A stretch of DNA of 64,000 nucleotides from an uncultured Mycoplasmatota bacterium (GTDB taxonomy: Bacteria; Bacillota_I; Bacilli_A; RF39; UBA660), in contig USDJ01000002.1 of the NCBI GenBank assembly GCA_900553395.1, forward strand, positions 66,525 through 130,524, given 5' to 3'. Under the pieces are notes generated by a model, which was not told where the DNA came from, did not search any database, and was given only the letters and a program-made list of their open reading frames with translations. Shown here piece by piece: positions 9,713-17,252 of this stretch (within the stretch, counting starts at the first letter, position 1; the number at the start of each line of letters is the position of its first letter). A program made the translations under genes and the position numbers.

Positions 9713-11131
9713 CTAGAAAGAATTATAATTTTTTACTTTTTGCATTTTTTCTTTATTCATTTTATCTTCTTCTCGTAGCTTTTTATCCATTTTTCCAAGT
9801 TTAGTTTGCTGCAGTAAAATGCTTTTTTCTATTTCTTCTATCCTTTTTAACATCTCACTATATTCCGGTAAAATAACATCAAATTCGCTAAAATAATTTT
9901 TTAGGTTTGATTTTAGCTTTTCTATTTCATTTAATGAATCAGTTAAAACTAAATTAGTATATTCTAACTTATCCTTAACACCTGAAATTTTTTTAGATAA
10001 GTCTTCATAGTTATAATCGATAACCATTTTTTCTTTTCTTTCAAGACCCTTATTTAATTGTTTTAATCCCTTGTTTACCATAGTAGCGCCTAAAGAAATA
10101 CCAAATAATTTAAGTCCAGTAAATGGTATAGTAAGTATTCCTCCAGCGATTCTTGCAACGGAAGATAAAATTTTTCCATATCCGCTATATTCTACTTTTG
10201 TTCTAACTTCCTTCTCGAAAAATGAAGCTTTTGTATACATCTCATCAATAACGCTCTTTTGATATTCTAATTCTTTTTTTACAACTTCTTCTATAGAATC
10301 AAGTTGATTAATTTTTTCTTTTTCCTTATTGAATTTTATTTTTACTTGTTTTTGTTCCTGCTTCAATGAATCTATATCTGTTCCAACTTTAACAGTAGTA
10401 TCATATGAAATAGTTATACCATCAATTTTACTTATTTCTTTTTTACATACTTTTAATAACATTTCCATTTCATTTAAAGAAGCTAAAGATTTATAATCTT
10501 CTATTCCAGATATAAGTTTAATACTCTCTAGTATAGAAAAGTCACTTAAATCATATTTTTGCGATGCTACATCAAATTGCTCTTTAAGTTTTTTTACTTT
10601 TTTTCTAAGCTCTTCATACTCTTTTTCTAGTTGTTCGGTATTTTGATTTTTTTCTTTTGAGGATTTTTTTATCACATCAATAGAATCATTTATATCTTTA
10701 ATATTATCTAATGATTTATTAATGAAATCTTTTACTTCTTTTAATATTACAATCTCATCTTCTGTTTTACTTTGTTCTTTTTCTAAGTCAATTTCTCGTG
10801 GGAGACTTTTAGCACTCTCTAAAGATTTTAACCTGAATTCTCCAGGTAATTCCTCTTTAAAATGTGCCTTAAATCTTATATCATCCAAGGCTTTTTTATC
10901 TTCAAAAGGTAAAATACTAGGATCATTTGAATAACTAAACTGCTTTAACGTCTTTAGATATTCTGCTTGCTTTTTTTTACTTTCTATAGTATATTCGCTT
11001 TCCTTTAACTCTTTCTTTTTATAACGCATTCTATAAAGCATACTTATTAATCTATCCCTTACAGAACCTTTTGCACCTCTATTACCATTCATACTATTCA
11101 CCAATTTCATTATATCAAAAAAAAAGCGCAT
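9713..11131 (-). CDS. Hypothetical coiled-coil protein with a central glycine-zipper hydrophobic hairpin. An alternative start at 11110 is likely because the first ATG lies inside the lepB terminator hairpin.
   Basis: Lys/Glu-rich heptad-like sequence on both sides of GKILSSVARIAGGILTIPFTGLKLFGISLGATMVNKG; no recognisable enzymatic motif. Confidence 0.5.
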   Translation of the reverse strand: MRFFFDIMKLVNSMNGNRGAKGSVRDRLISMLYRMRYKKKELKESEYTIESKKKQAEYLKTLKQFSYSNDPSILPFEDKKALDDIRFKAHFKEELPGEFRLKSLESAKSLPREIDLEKEQSKTEDEIVILKEVKDFINKSLDNIKDINDSIDVIKKSSKEKNQNTEQLEKEYEELRKKVKKLKEQFDVASQKYDLSDFSILESIKLISGIEDYKSLASLNEMEMLLKVCKKEISKIDGITISYDTTVKVGTDIDSLKQEQKQVKIKFNKEKEKINQLDSIEEVVKKELEYQKSVIDEMYTKASFFEKEVRTKVEYSGYGKILSSVARIAGGILTIPFTGLKLFGISLGATMVNKGLKQLNKGLERKEKMVIDYNYEDLSKKISGVKDKLEYTNLVLTDSLNEIEKLKSNLKNYFSEFDVILPEYSEMLKRIEEIEKSILLQQTKLGKMDKKLREEDKMNKEKMQKVKNYNSF

Positions 11132-11143
11132 TTTCTAGCGCTA
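11114..11143 (-). terminator. Rho-independent terminator of lepB that overlaps the lepB stop codon and the first ATG of the next ORF
   Basis: GC-rich stem agcgc/gcgct (11125-11142) with loop attttcta, followed on the minus strand by nine T. Confidence 0.5.
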
Positions 11144-11644
11144 ATTAAATTTACCTATTTTAGTCAATGGAAAAATCCTAATCTTAGTTTTCCCAACTAT
11201 ATCACTTTTTTTAATAAGTCCAATTCTATAATCTCTACTATCCATAGAATTACCCCTATTATCTCCCATTACAAAATAATAATTATCAGGTATCTGTTCA
11301 TATCCGTATAATTCCATAAGAGAAAAATCTCCAGTACGAGATGTCGTTTTATCTTCTATTTTTTCACCATTTATAAAAAGCTCATTATCTATATATTCAA
11401 TTTTGTCTCCAGGAAGTCCTATAATTCTTTTTACTATTTTAGATCCTCCAATTTTTACAACCACAATATCAAATCTATTATAGTTTTTAGACATTTTATT
11501 TAAGATTAAAATATCACCATTATCTAGAGTAGAATACATAGATTTACCATCAACTCTTACTGGAGTTACTATAAATGTTCTAATTAAAACTACAGTTATA
11601 ATTATAACTATATAAGGATATATTTCTTTTAAATATTTTTTCAT
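11141..11644 (-). CDS. lepB: Signal peptidase I
   Basis: N-terminal TM, catalytic Ser region (DGKSMYSTL) and the GDNRGNSMDSRD box. Confidence 0.85.
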   Translation of the reverse strand: MKKYLKEIYPYIVIIITVVLIRTFIVTPVRVDGKSMYSTLDNGDILILNKMSKNYNRFDIVVVKIGGSKIVKRIIGLPGDKIEYIDNELFINGEKIEDKTTSRTGDFSLMELYGYEQIPDNYYFVMGDNRGNSMDSRDYRIGLIKKSDIVGKTKIRIFPLTKIGKFN

Positions 11645-11677
11645 ATTTCACCTAACAAAAATAAGGCATAAGCCTTA

Positions 11678-12031
11678 TTATACTCTTTCTTTAATCTTTG
11701 GTGTTTTTAAAGACTTTCTAATCCATGTTGGTTTAGCTTTTCTAACTTTACCTTTTCTAACAACTTCGATTTTATCAATTCTTGGTGAATTAACAGGTAA
11801 TGTTTTTTCAGTACCTACATTTCCAGACATTTTTCTTACTGTAAATGTTTTGCTAACTCCTGAACCTTTAATAGCCATAACTATGCCTTCAAAAGCTTGA
11901 ATTCTTACCTTTTTATTACCTGATGCGTCTGTTTCATCAATTTTAATATCAACTCTTACAGTGTCTCCAGCTCTAAATTCTGGTATATCAGTTCTTATTT
12001 GCTTTTGAGTAATCTTTTCTATTAAATTCAC
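11678..12031 (-). CDS. rplS: 50S ribosomal protein L19
   Basis: Typical L19 sequence (FRAGDTVRV...RIQAFEGIV...RKGKVRRAKL-like). Confidence 0.9.
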   Translation of the reverse strand: MNLIEKITQKQIRTDIPEFRAGDTVRVDIKIDETDASGNKKVRIQAFEGIVMAIKGSGVSKTFTVRKMSGNVGTEKTLPVNSPRIDKIEVVRKGKVRKAKPTWIRKSLKTPKIKERV

Positions 12032-12111
12032 AATGTCACTCTCCTTTTCTAGTTTATGATCTTGAACTCTATATATACTAAAAATAAACTAATCAGCGGA
12101 TCACATTAATG

Positions 12112-12140
12112 ATTCTAACATATTTACTTATTATTTGCAA
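12112..12140 (-). promoter_or_regulatory. SigA-type promoter (TTGCAA-17-TAGAAT) and leader upstream of rplS (possible L19 leader)
   Basis: -35 TTGCAA at 12135-12140 and -10 TAGAAT (revcomp attcta) at 12112-12117 with an exact 17-bp spacer; an approximately 75-nt leader precedes rplS. Confidence 0.5.
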
Positions 12141-12195
12141 GACTTTTATATGATTATGAGTAAAAATTTATAATAATTTTAATACAATTATTATT

Positions 12196-12226
12196 TAAAA
12201 TAAAAAAAGGAAAAATCCTTTTTATA
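12196..12226 (-). terminator. AT-rich intrinsic terminator at the rpmA stop
   Basis: aaaagga-tttt-tcctttt stem followed by TTTATTTT on the minus strand. Confidence 0.35.
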
Positions 12227-12509
12227 AACTTTCGTAAACACTAACTTGTTTTCTGTCTTTACCTAAGCGTTCATATTTTACATATCCACTTACTTTAGCA
12301 TATACAGTATCGTCAGATCCTATTCCAGCATTAACTCCTGGATAAATTTTTGTTCCTCTTTGTCTATATAAAATAGATCCACCAGTTACATATTCACCAT
12401 CAGCAGCTTTCGCTCCTAATCTTCTACCAGCAGAATCTCTACCATTTTTTGTAGATCCTTGACCTTTTTTATGTGCGAATAATTGGATATTTAATGTCAT
12501 CAATTTCAT
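12222..12509 (-). CDS. rpmA: 50S ribosomal protein L27 with a cleavable N-terminal extension ([16 protein letters not shown])
   Basis: L27 core ([15 protein letters not shown]...); start assigned to ATG 12509, 6 nt after the strong SD AGGGAGGTG. The longer track ORF begins at a GTG inside the SD. Confidence 0.9.
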   Translation of the reverse strand: MKLMTLNIQLFAHKKGQGSTKNGRDSAGRRLGAKAADGEYVTGGSILYRQRGTKIYPGVNAGIGSDDTVYAKVSGYVKYERLGKDRKQVSVYESL

Positions 12510-12522
12510 AGATGGCACCTCC

Positions 12523-12810
12523 CTATCTAATTTCTATATATTTATTATATTGTTTTTTTAAATCTTTTAGCAAAGCTATCATATTATCTATTAATTTATC
12601 TATTACTTCGCTATGTTTTAATACTTTAATGAGTAAATATCCATCTTTACTATCGTATGATATACAGTCCTCATCTATACTTATCAAAGCATTTACTGTA
12701 GTTATACAAATAGAAGACACAGATGCGCAAACTATATCAGATCCCTCAGTACTATATCCAGAATGACCTTTTATAGTTATTTCATCTTTATCAATTTTTA
12801 CTTTAATCAT
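12523..12810 (-). CDS. prp: Ribosomal-processing cysteine protease Prp (YsxB)
   Basis: Conserved position between rplU and rpmA; GHSGY...DIVCASVS catalytic His/Cys dyad. Confidence 0.75.
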   Translation of the reverse strand: MIKVKIDKDEITIKGHSGYSTEGSDIVCASVSSICITTVNALISIDEDCISYDSKDGYLLIKVLKHSEVIDKLIDNMIALLKDLKKQYNKYIEIR

Positions 12811-13151
12811 TATTTTACCACGATTTTTTTAATTTCAACTTTAGTATAAGGTTGACGATGTCCTTGTTTTCTACGATAATTTTTCTTTTGATTATATTTG
12901 TAAACTATAATTTTTTTAGCTTTACCGTTTTTAACAACTTCACCTTCTACACTAGCGCCCTCTACAGTAGGCATACCAGCTATTCCATTAGCCATTAAAA
13001 CTCTATCAAATTTTACTTTAGTACCTACTTCAGCATCTAACTTTTCTATGTAAAGAACAGATCCCTCTTCAACATAGTATTGTTTTCCACCAGTTTCAAT
13101 TACTGCTTTCATAATTACCTCCTTTATTTTATTTTTACTAAGACTCACCAT
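12810..13151 (-). CDS. rplU: 50S ribosomal protein L21
   Basis: [12 protein letters not shown]...; overlaps the prp start by 1 nt. Confidence 0.9.
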   Translation of the reverse strand: MVSLSKNKIKEVIMKAVIETGGKQYYVEEGSVLYIEKLDAEVGTKVKFDRVLMANGIAGMPTVEGASVEGEVVKNGKAKKIIVYKYNQKKNYRRKQGHRQPYTKVEIKKIVVK

Positions 13152-13241
13152 TAAGGTACTTTCGTTTAAAACCTTTTCTGTGTGGTTGTAGAATGAGGTC
13201 TACACGTTTAAAATAATAACATATTTCTATAGTAATGTCAA
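13152..13241 (-). promoter_or_regulatory. Candidate L21 leader region upstream of rplU
   Basis: A 90-nt untranslated interval directly 5' of rplU in the Firmicute rplU-prp-rpmA operon, where a structured L21 leader is known; structure not verified here. Confidence 0.25.
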
Positions 13242-13988
13242 TTATTTTATAGATATATCAAAGTATTTTGTTAAAAATGTACTTTCTGTTAAATATTTAC
13301 CATCAATAAAAAAAATATGTCTATAGTCTTTTTTCATATTATTCATATTATTAATTGTTTTTTCTTTCTTAAAATTAAACTTATTTAAATATCTTTCAAG
13401 TAAAAATTTATTAAATATTAAATCTTTTTGCTTATGTAGTTTACCTACAGACTGTAGTAAAAATAATAGTATTGAAATTACTACTTTATTTACATTAAAA
13501 AGTAAAAGTGCAAGTATTATAATCGCTATATAAGATAATATTACCGTAAGTATTAAACTTTTTTTAAAACTCGTTAATTTATTTAAAATTACATTTAAAA
13601 GTTTTGATCCATCTAAAGGATATATTGGTAACATATTAAATATAATTATAAAATAATTAATAAAAGAAAAATAGTCGTAGTTAATTTTACTGGATATAAT
13701 TTTAAAAAAAATAATTTGAAAAACAACACCTGCTATGCTCACAAAAAACTCTTCTATTAATGGCCTATTGATTAATTCATTAAACTTAGTAAGTCCACCA
13801 AAAGGCAATATTATTACTTTATCTATTTTCCATTCAAACATAAGCGCTACCGATATATGTCCTATTTCGTGAACTATTATTAATGTCATAAAATATAAGA
13901 TAAATTTAAATTTACCTATTAATGTAAAAATAAAAAGAACAATTAAAAAGAATGGATGAAAATATAATTTATTTAATATATTTTTCAT
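13242..13988 (-). CDS. spoIVFB: M50 family intramembrane metalloprotease, SpoIVFB-like
   Basis: HEIGH zinc motif inside a TM helix (LIIVHEIGHISVALMF) and LPFGG. The synteny spoIVFA-spoIVFB-rplU-prp-rpmA is the same as in B. subtilis. Confidence 0.55.
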   Translation of the reverse strand: MKNILNKLYFHPFFLIVLFIFTLIGKFKFILYFMTLIIVHEIGHISVALMFEWKIDKVIILPFGGLTKFNELINRPLIEEFFVSIAGVVFQIIFFKIISSKINYDYFSFINYFIIIFNMLPIYPLDGSKLLNVILNKLTSFKKSLILTVILSYIAIIILALLLFNVNKVVISILLFLLQSVGKLHKQKDLIFNKFLLERYLNKFNFKKEKTINNMNNMKKDYRHIFFIDGKYLTESTFLTKYFDISIK

Positions 13989-14517
13989 AGTCTAAAACAG
14001 TTCCATTCTTTTTATACACTAAATATAAGTTACCATTTACTTCCCCTAAGACAGTACCTTTCTCTACATAATCGTATAATTTTACATTAGGGTTTAGTAT
14101 ATTTCCATACCATTCATCTATACCATCTATTCTTTGAATTATCACTGTATTATTATATCCATCTTTATTACCTATAAAAACAACTATTCCACTTTCTAAT
14201 ACTGGCACTAAATAATTATTACCAACCTCAAGGCTAACACCATCTAAATATTTAGATGAACCTTTATATGTTAATTTTTCTTTAAATACAGTTTTGGTAT
14301 TAACAACGTTTTTTAATATATCAGAATTTCCAATATATTTATTATATAAATTATTTAAGTAAGCAAACTTGAAATTATTATCATAAACTTGTTCATAAAA
14401 TGATGTTTTAAATCCTGAGCTGGATTTTATTAATATAAGTATTATAAGAGTTATAATTATTGTTATAAATAATTTTGTTATAAAGATTGTCCTAGTATTG
14501 TTTTTCATATTATTCAC
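13969..14517 (-). CDS. spoIVFA: SpoIVFA-like membrane protein with a degenerate LytM/M23 domain
   Basis: N-terminal TM and a C-terminal LytM-like beta-rich domain (GVVVFIGNKDGYNNTVIIQ...G.VLGEV); located immediately upstream of the M50 protease. Confidence 0.4.
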   Translation of the reverse strand: MNNMKNNTRTIFITKLFITIIITLIILILIKSSSGFKTSFYEQVYDNNFKFAYLNNLYNKYIGNSDILKNVVNTKTVFKEKLTYKGSSKYLDGVSLEVGNNYLVPVLESGIVVFIGNKDGYNNTVIIQRIDGIDEWYGNILNPNVKLYDYVEKGTVLGEVNGNLYLVYKKNGTVLDYEKYIK

Positions 14518-14555
14518 CTATTAAAGTGTATGTAATATTTTAAAAAAAAGAATAA

Positions 14556-15158
14556 TTACTTATCCTTTATTAAATGTTTATTTAAATTATAATATTGTAC
14601 TCCTGATGTAATTGAGAATACAGTAGCTATTAAAAGCAAAGCTTTTGATACGCTAATTCCCCAAAGTTCAAATGGAAGATTATAAAATAAAGTTAATACT
14701 ATTCCTACCATAAGGAAAGTCGTTTTAATTTTTCCAGATTTTATAGCAGCAACTACTTTTCCTTTACTAGCTGCTAACATCTTTATTGAATTTACAACTG
14801 TATCTCTAACTATTATTATTACAGGTATTATTGGGTGTATAAAACCTTGTGCTGCTAATATTATTAAAACTGAGTTTACAAGCACTTTATCTGCTATAGC
14901 ATCTATTAATTTTCCAAAATCTGTAATTAGATTATATTTACGTGCTATATAACCATCTAGGAAATCTGTAATAGAAGCTATTATGAATAATATACCAGCT
15001 ATTATATATTTTAAATCAACTACTATTTTTTCATCTATAAATAGTTTGGGTATTTCAACACCAAATAACCCTACTATATAATCTCCACCTAATAATATTA
15101 CTATTATTATTATTGCCATAAATATTCTACTCATTGTTAACTTATTAGGCAAGTTCAT
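14556..15158 (-). CDS. pgsA: CDP-diacylglycerol--glycerol-3-phosphate 3-phosphatidyltransferase
   Basis: CDP-alcohol phosphatidyltransferase motif DFLDGYIARKYN...G...D...AD at 200 aa. Confidence 0.8.
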   Translation of the reverse strand: MNLPNKLTMSRIFMAIIIIVILLGGDYIVGLFGVEIPKLFIDEKIVVDLKYIIAGILFIIASITDFLDGYIARKYNLITDFGKLIDAIADKVLVNSVLIILAAQGFIHPIIPVIIIVRDTVVNSIKMLAASKGKVVAAIKSGKIKTTFLMVGIVLTLFYNLPFELWGISVSKALLLIATVFSITSGVQYYNLNKHLIKDK

Positions 15159-15651
15159 AATCTACACATCCTTCACTACTAACTATGGTATTAGATACTT
15201 TTTCATCATCTTTTATAAAAATAACTACTACAGTATAAATAACTATTACAATAAATAAAATTATACCTAAAACTATTAAAAACCTAGGAACTGGTCTTTG
15301 CTGTCTTTTTTCTATTGTATATGGAGAAGATATTTTTACTGTCTTTAGTTTTTTTTCTTTTTTTCTTTGTTCTAACTCAGCTTTTTTTATGTCTTCAATA
15401 GATATTTTAGATGTAAAATCAAATAAGTATTCATTAAATTCTTCAACCATCTCATCATAATCAAGTCCTAAATATTTAGAATAGTTTTTAATAAACATCT
15501 TCAAATAAAAAATATCTTTAAAAGCATCCTTATTACCTTCTTCTATATTTTCAAGTTGTGAAGGTCTAAGTTTCAAATCTTGAGCAGCTTCTTCTATAGA
15601 TATTCCCATTGATTCACGAGCTTTTCTTAATTTTTCTCCTATCTCTTTCAT
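15145..15651 (-). CDS. rodZ: RodZ-like cytoskeleton protein (XRE HTH plus single TM); ymfM homolog upstream of pgsA
   Basis: N-terminal HTH (LRKARESMGISIEEAAQDLKLRPSQLENIE), a central TM and the conserved rodZ-pgsA linkage. Confidence 0.5.
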   Translation of the reverse strand: MKEIGEKLRKARESMGISIEEAAQDLKLRPSQLENIEEGNKDAFKDIFYLKMFIKNYSKYLGLDYDEMVEEFNEYLFDFTSKISIEDIKKAELEQRKKEKKLKTVKISSPYTIEKRQQRPVPRFLIVLGIILFIVIVIYTVVVIFIKDDEKVSNTIVSSEGCVDYELA

Positions 15652-15674
15652 AATTCCTCGATTCTATTAATCAA

Positions 15675-16036
15675 AATAATAATATTTTATAAGCCATGTT
15701 CTGTTCTTCAAATGAAGCGACAAATATTTATCTACTGTTACCAGTCCCTGAATCGGTTCTAGTTTCCTATCAGAGTTCCCCTACCAAAATTTGGGTTTCT
15801 CACTTGCGGGGTTTACCACGTTCCACCAAACTCATTTCTGAGTTTTTTCGTCACTTTGGCACTTTTATACCTAATTTAACCATATCTAATGACTTAGGTT
15901 ATTTCGGAGCCGTTAGCTTAAAGCTACCTAGAGTTATTTTTTCCTCTAGCGCAAACACTATAGTCATCACAGACTATGTGAGCATGGACTTTCCTCTACA
16001 TTACTAAGAATGCAGCATTTGTCAAAATATTATTCT
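15675..16036 (-). ncRNA. rnpB: RNase P RNA, bacterial type B
   Basis: The minus strand reads ...GTAGAGGAAAGTCCATGCTCAC...GTGCCAAAGTGACGAA...GGAACGTGGTAAACCCC...GAGAAACCCAAATTTTGGTAGGGGAAC...ACAGAACATGGCTTA. This is near-identical in its conserved blocks to B. subtilis RNase P RNA (P4 halves GGAAAGUCC and ACAUGGCUUA). The P1 helix is formed by AATAATATTTT (16026-16036) and AAAATATTATT (15678-15688). Confidence 0.85.
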
Positions 16037-16365
16037 TTACCATATATAATTTTTTCAAGTTTAGAAATTCTTCTTAATATATCAGCATTAGATGTATTAG
16101 AACCATTTCCTTCATCAGATAAAACATCAATCTTTGTCTTTAGGTTTCTGATCTCTTGTTTCAATTGTATATTGTCTTCAATTAGTTGCTTTTTTTCTTT
16201 TTCTAAATCACGAATTATGTTATTCATCTCATCATAGTCTTTAATAACTACATCAAGAAATCTATCGACTTCCTGAGGACGATAACCTCTCGTATCTATC
16301 TTAAATTCTTTTTCTAATATCTCATTACTAGTCAAAACTATGCGATCTTGATACATAATTACCAC
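16030..16365 (-). CDS. gpsB: Cell-cycle protein GpsB (DivIVA-domain)
   Basis: KEFKIDTRGYRPQEVDRFLD DivIVA/GpsB N-terminal domain, a C-terminal coiled coil and conserved linkage to recU-ponA. Confidence 0.8.
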   Translation of the reverse strand: MVIMYQDRIVLTSNEILEKEFKIDTRGYRPQEVDRFLDVVIKDYDEMNNIIRDLEKEKKQLIEDNIQLKQEIRNLKTKIDVLSDEGNGSNTSNADILRRISKLEKIIYGKE

Positions 16366-16619
16366 CTCACACTTATTCCAAAGTAATTATCTCAAAAAAA
16401 AATATTTTTGTCAATAAAAAAGCTACTTATCGTTTTAACGAATAAGAAGCTAGTTTTATATAACTAACATCATTAAGCATATTGTTAAATACATTTTCTA
16501 TATGTGAATTAACATTCACTTAAATCACCTCAAACATATATTAACACATTCAAATTTTATTTGTTTGATTTCGACAAAACTAGCTAAAATTAGAACTTGC
16601 AAAAATTAAATTATATAAG

Positions 16620-16648
16620 TAGAAAAAAAACAAATTTTATTGTATAAT
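16620..16648 (+). promoter_or_regulatory. Extended -10 promoter (TGTATAAT) for recU-ponA
   Basis: TGnTATAAT at 16641-16648 with a weak -35 (TAGAAA); divergent intergenic region between gpsB and recU. Confidence 0.4.
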
Positions 16649-16664
16649 TATAATGGTGATTTGA

Positions 16665-17252
16665 GTGAACTATCCAGGAGGAATAAAAAAAGGTCCTAAA
16701 AAGGTTGAAAACTATGGAAATAGAGGTATGAATCTAGAAGATGATATAAATATCACTAATCAATTTTATTTGGATAGTAATATAGCAATTATATATAAAA
16801 AGCCGACACCAATAACAATAAATAAAGTAGACTATAAGTCTAGATGTGACGCTGTTATAACAGAAGCTCACTTTAAAGTTCCATCTACTACAGATTATAA
16901 TGGAATATATAATGGAAAGTACATCGATTTTGAAGCAAAAGAAACTAGAAGCTTAACAAGTTTTCCATTAAATAATATTCATAAGCACCAAATATTACAT
17001 TTAAAGCGAATATATGAGCACGGTGGGATTGGATTTATAATAGTAAGGTTTACAAGACTTAATAAAACTTACCTACTTTATATAAAAGATTTGTTAAATT
17101 TTATTGATAATGAAAAAAGAGTTTCTATTCCAATAGCTTATTTTGAAAAATATGGATATATAATTGAAGAAAAATATAGTCCTAGAATAGATTATTTGAA
17201 AATAATAGAAAAAAAGGAGTTTAAAGATGAAAAAGAAAAAGAATGCTGTTAA
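16665..17252 (+). CDS. recU: Holliday junction resolvase RecU
   Basis: N-terminus NYPGG...NRGM.LEDDIN..N.YY matches B. subtilis RecU; it overlaps the PBP1A start, as in Firmicutes. Confidence 0.85.
   Translation: MNYPGGIKKGPKKVENYGNRGMNLEDDINITNQFYLDSNIAIIYKKPTPITINKVDYKSRCDAVITEAHFKVPSTTDYNGIYNGKYIDFEAKETRSLTSFPLNNIHKHQILHLKRIYEHGGIGFIIVRFTRLNKTYLLYIKDLLNFIDNEKRVSIPIAYFEKYGYIIEEKYSPRIDYLKIIEKKEFKDEKEKECC

Noticed and set aside
9713-11131. Assigning the coiled-coil protein to a named family (TelA, EzrA, methyl-accepting chemotaxis protein)
   Set aside because: TelA lacks a hydrophobic hairpin and EzrA has an N-terminal TM segment. No methyl-accepting chemotaxis protein signalling-domain motif or HAMP domain is present. 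It is left unassigned.
15696-16237. Plus-strand ORFs of 103 and 75 aa (MFCSSNEATNIYLLL... and MQHLSKYYSLPYIIF...)
   Set aside because: They lie antisense to the RNase P RNA gene and to gpsB, have no RBS, and are low-complexity. They are artefacts of the ORF caller.
16366-16664. Imperfect palindrome aaaagctacttatcgtttt...aagaagctagtttt in the gpsB-recU divergent intergenic region
   Set aside because: The stem is interrupted and there is no adjacent T-run. It sits upstream of both divergent genes, so it is not a terminator. A possible operator could not be substantiated.
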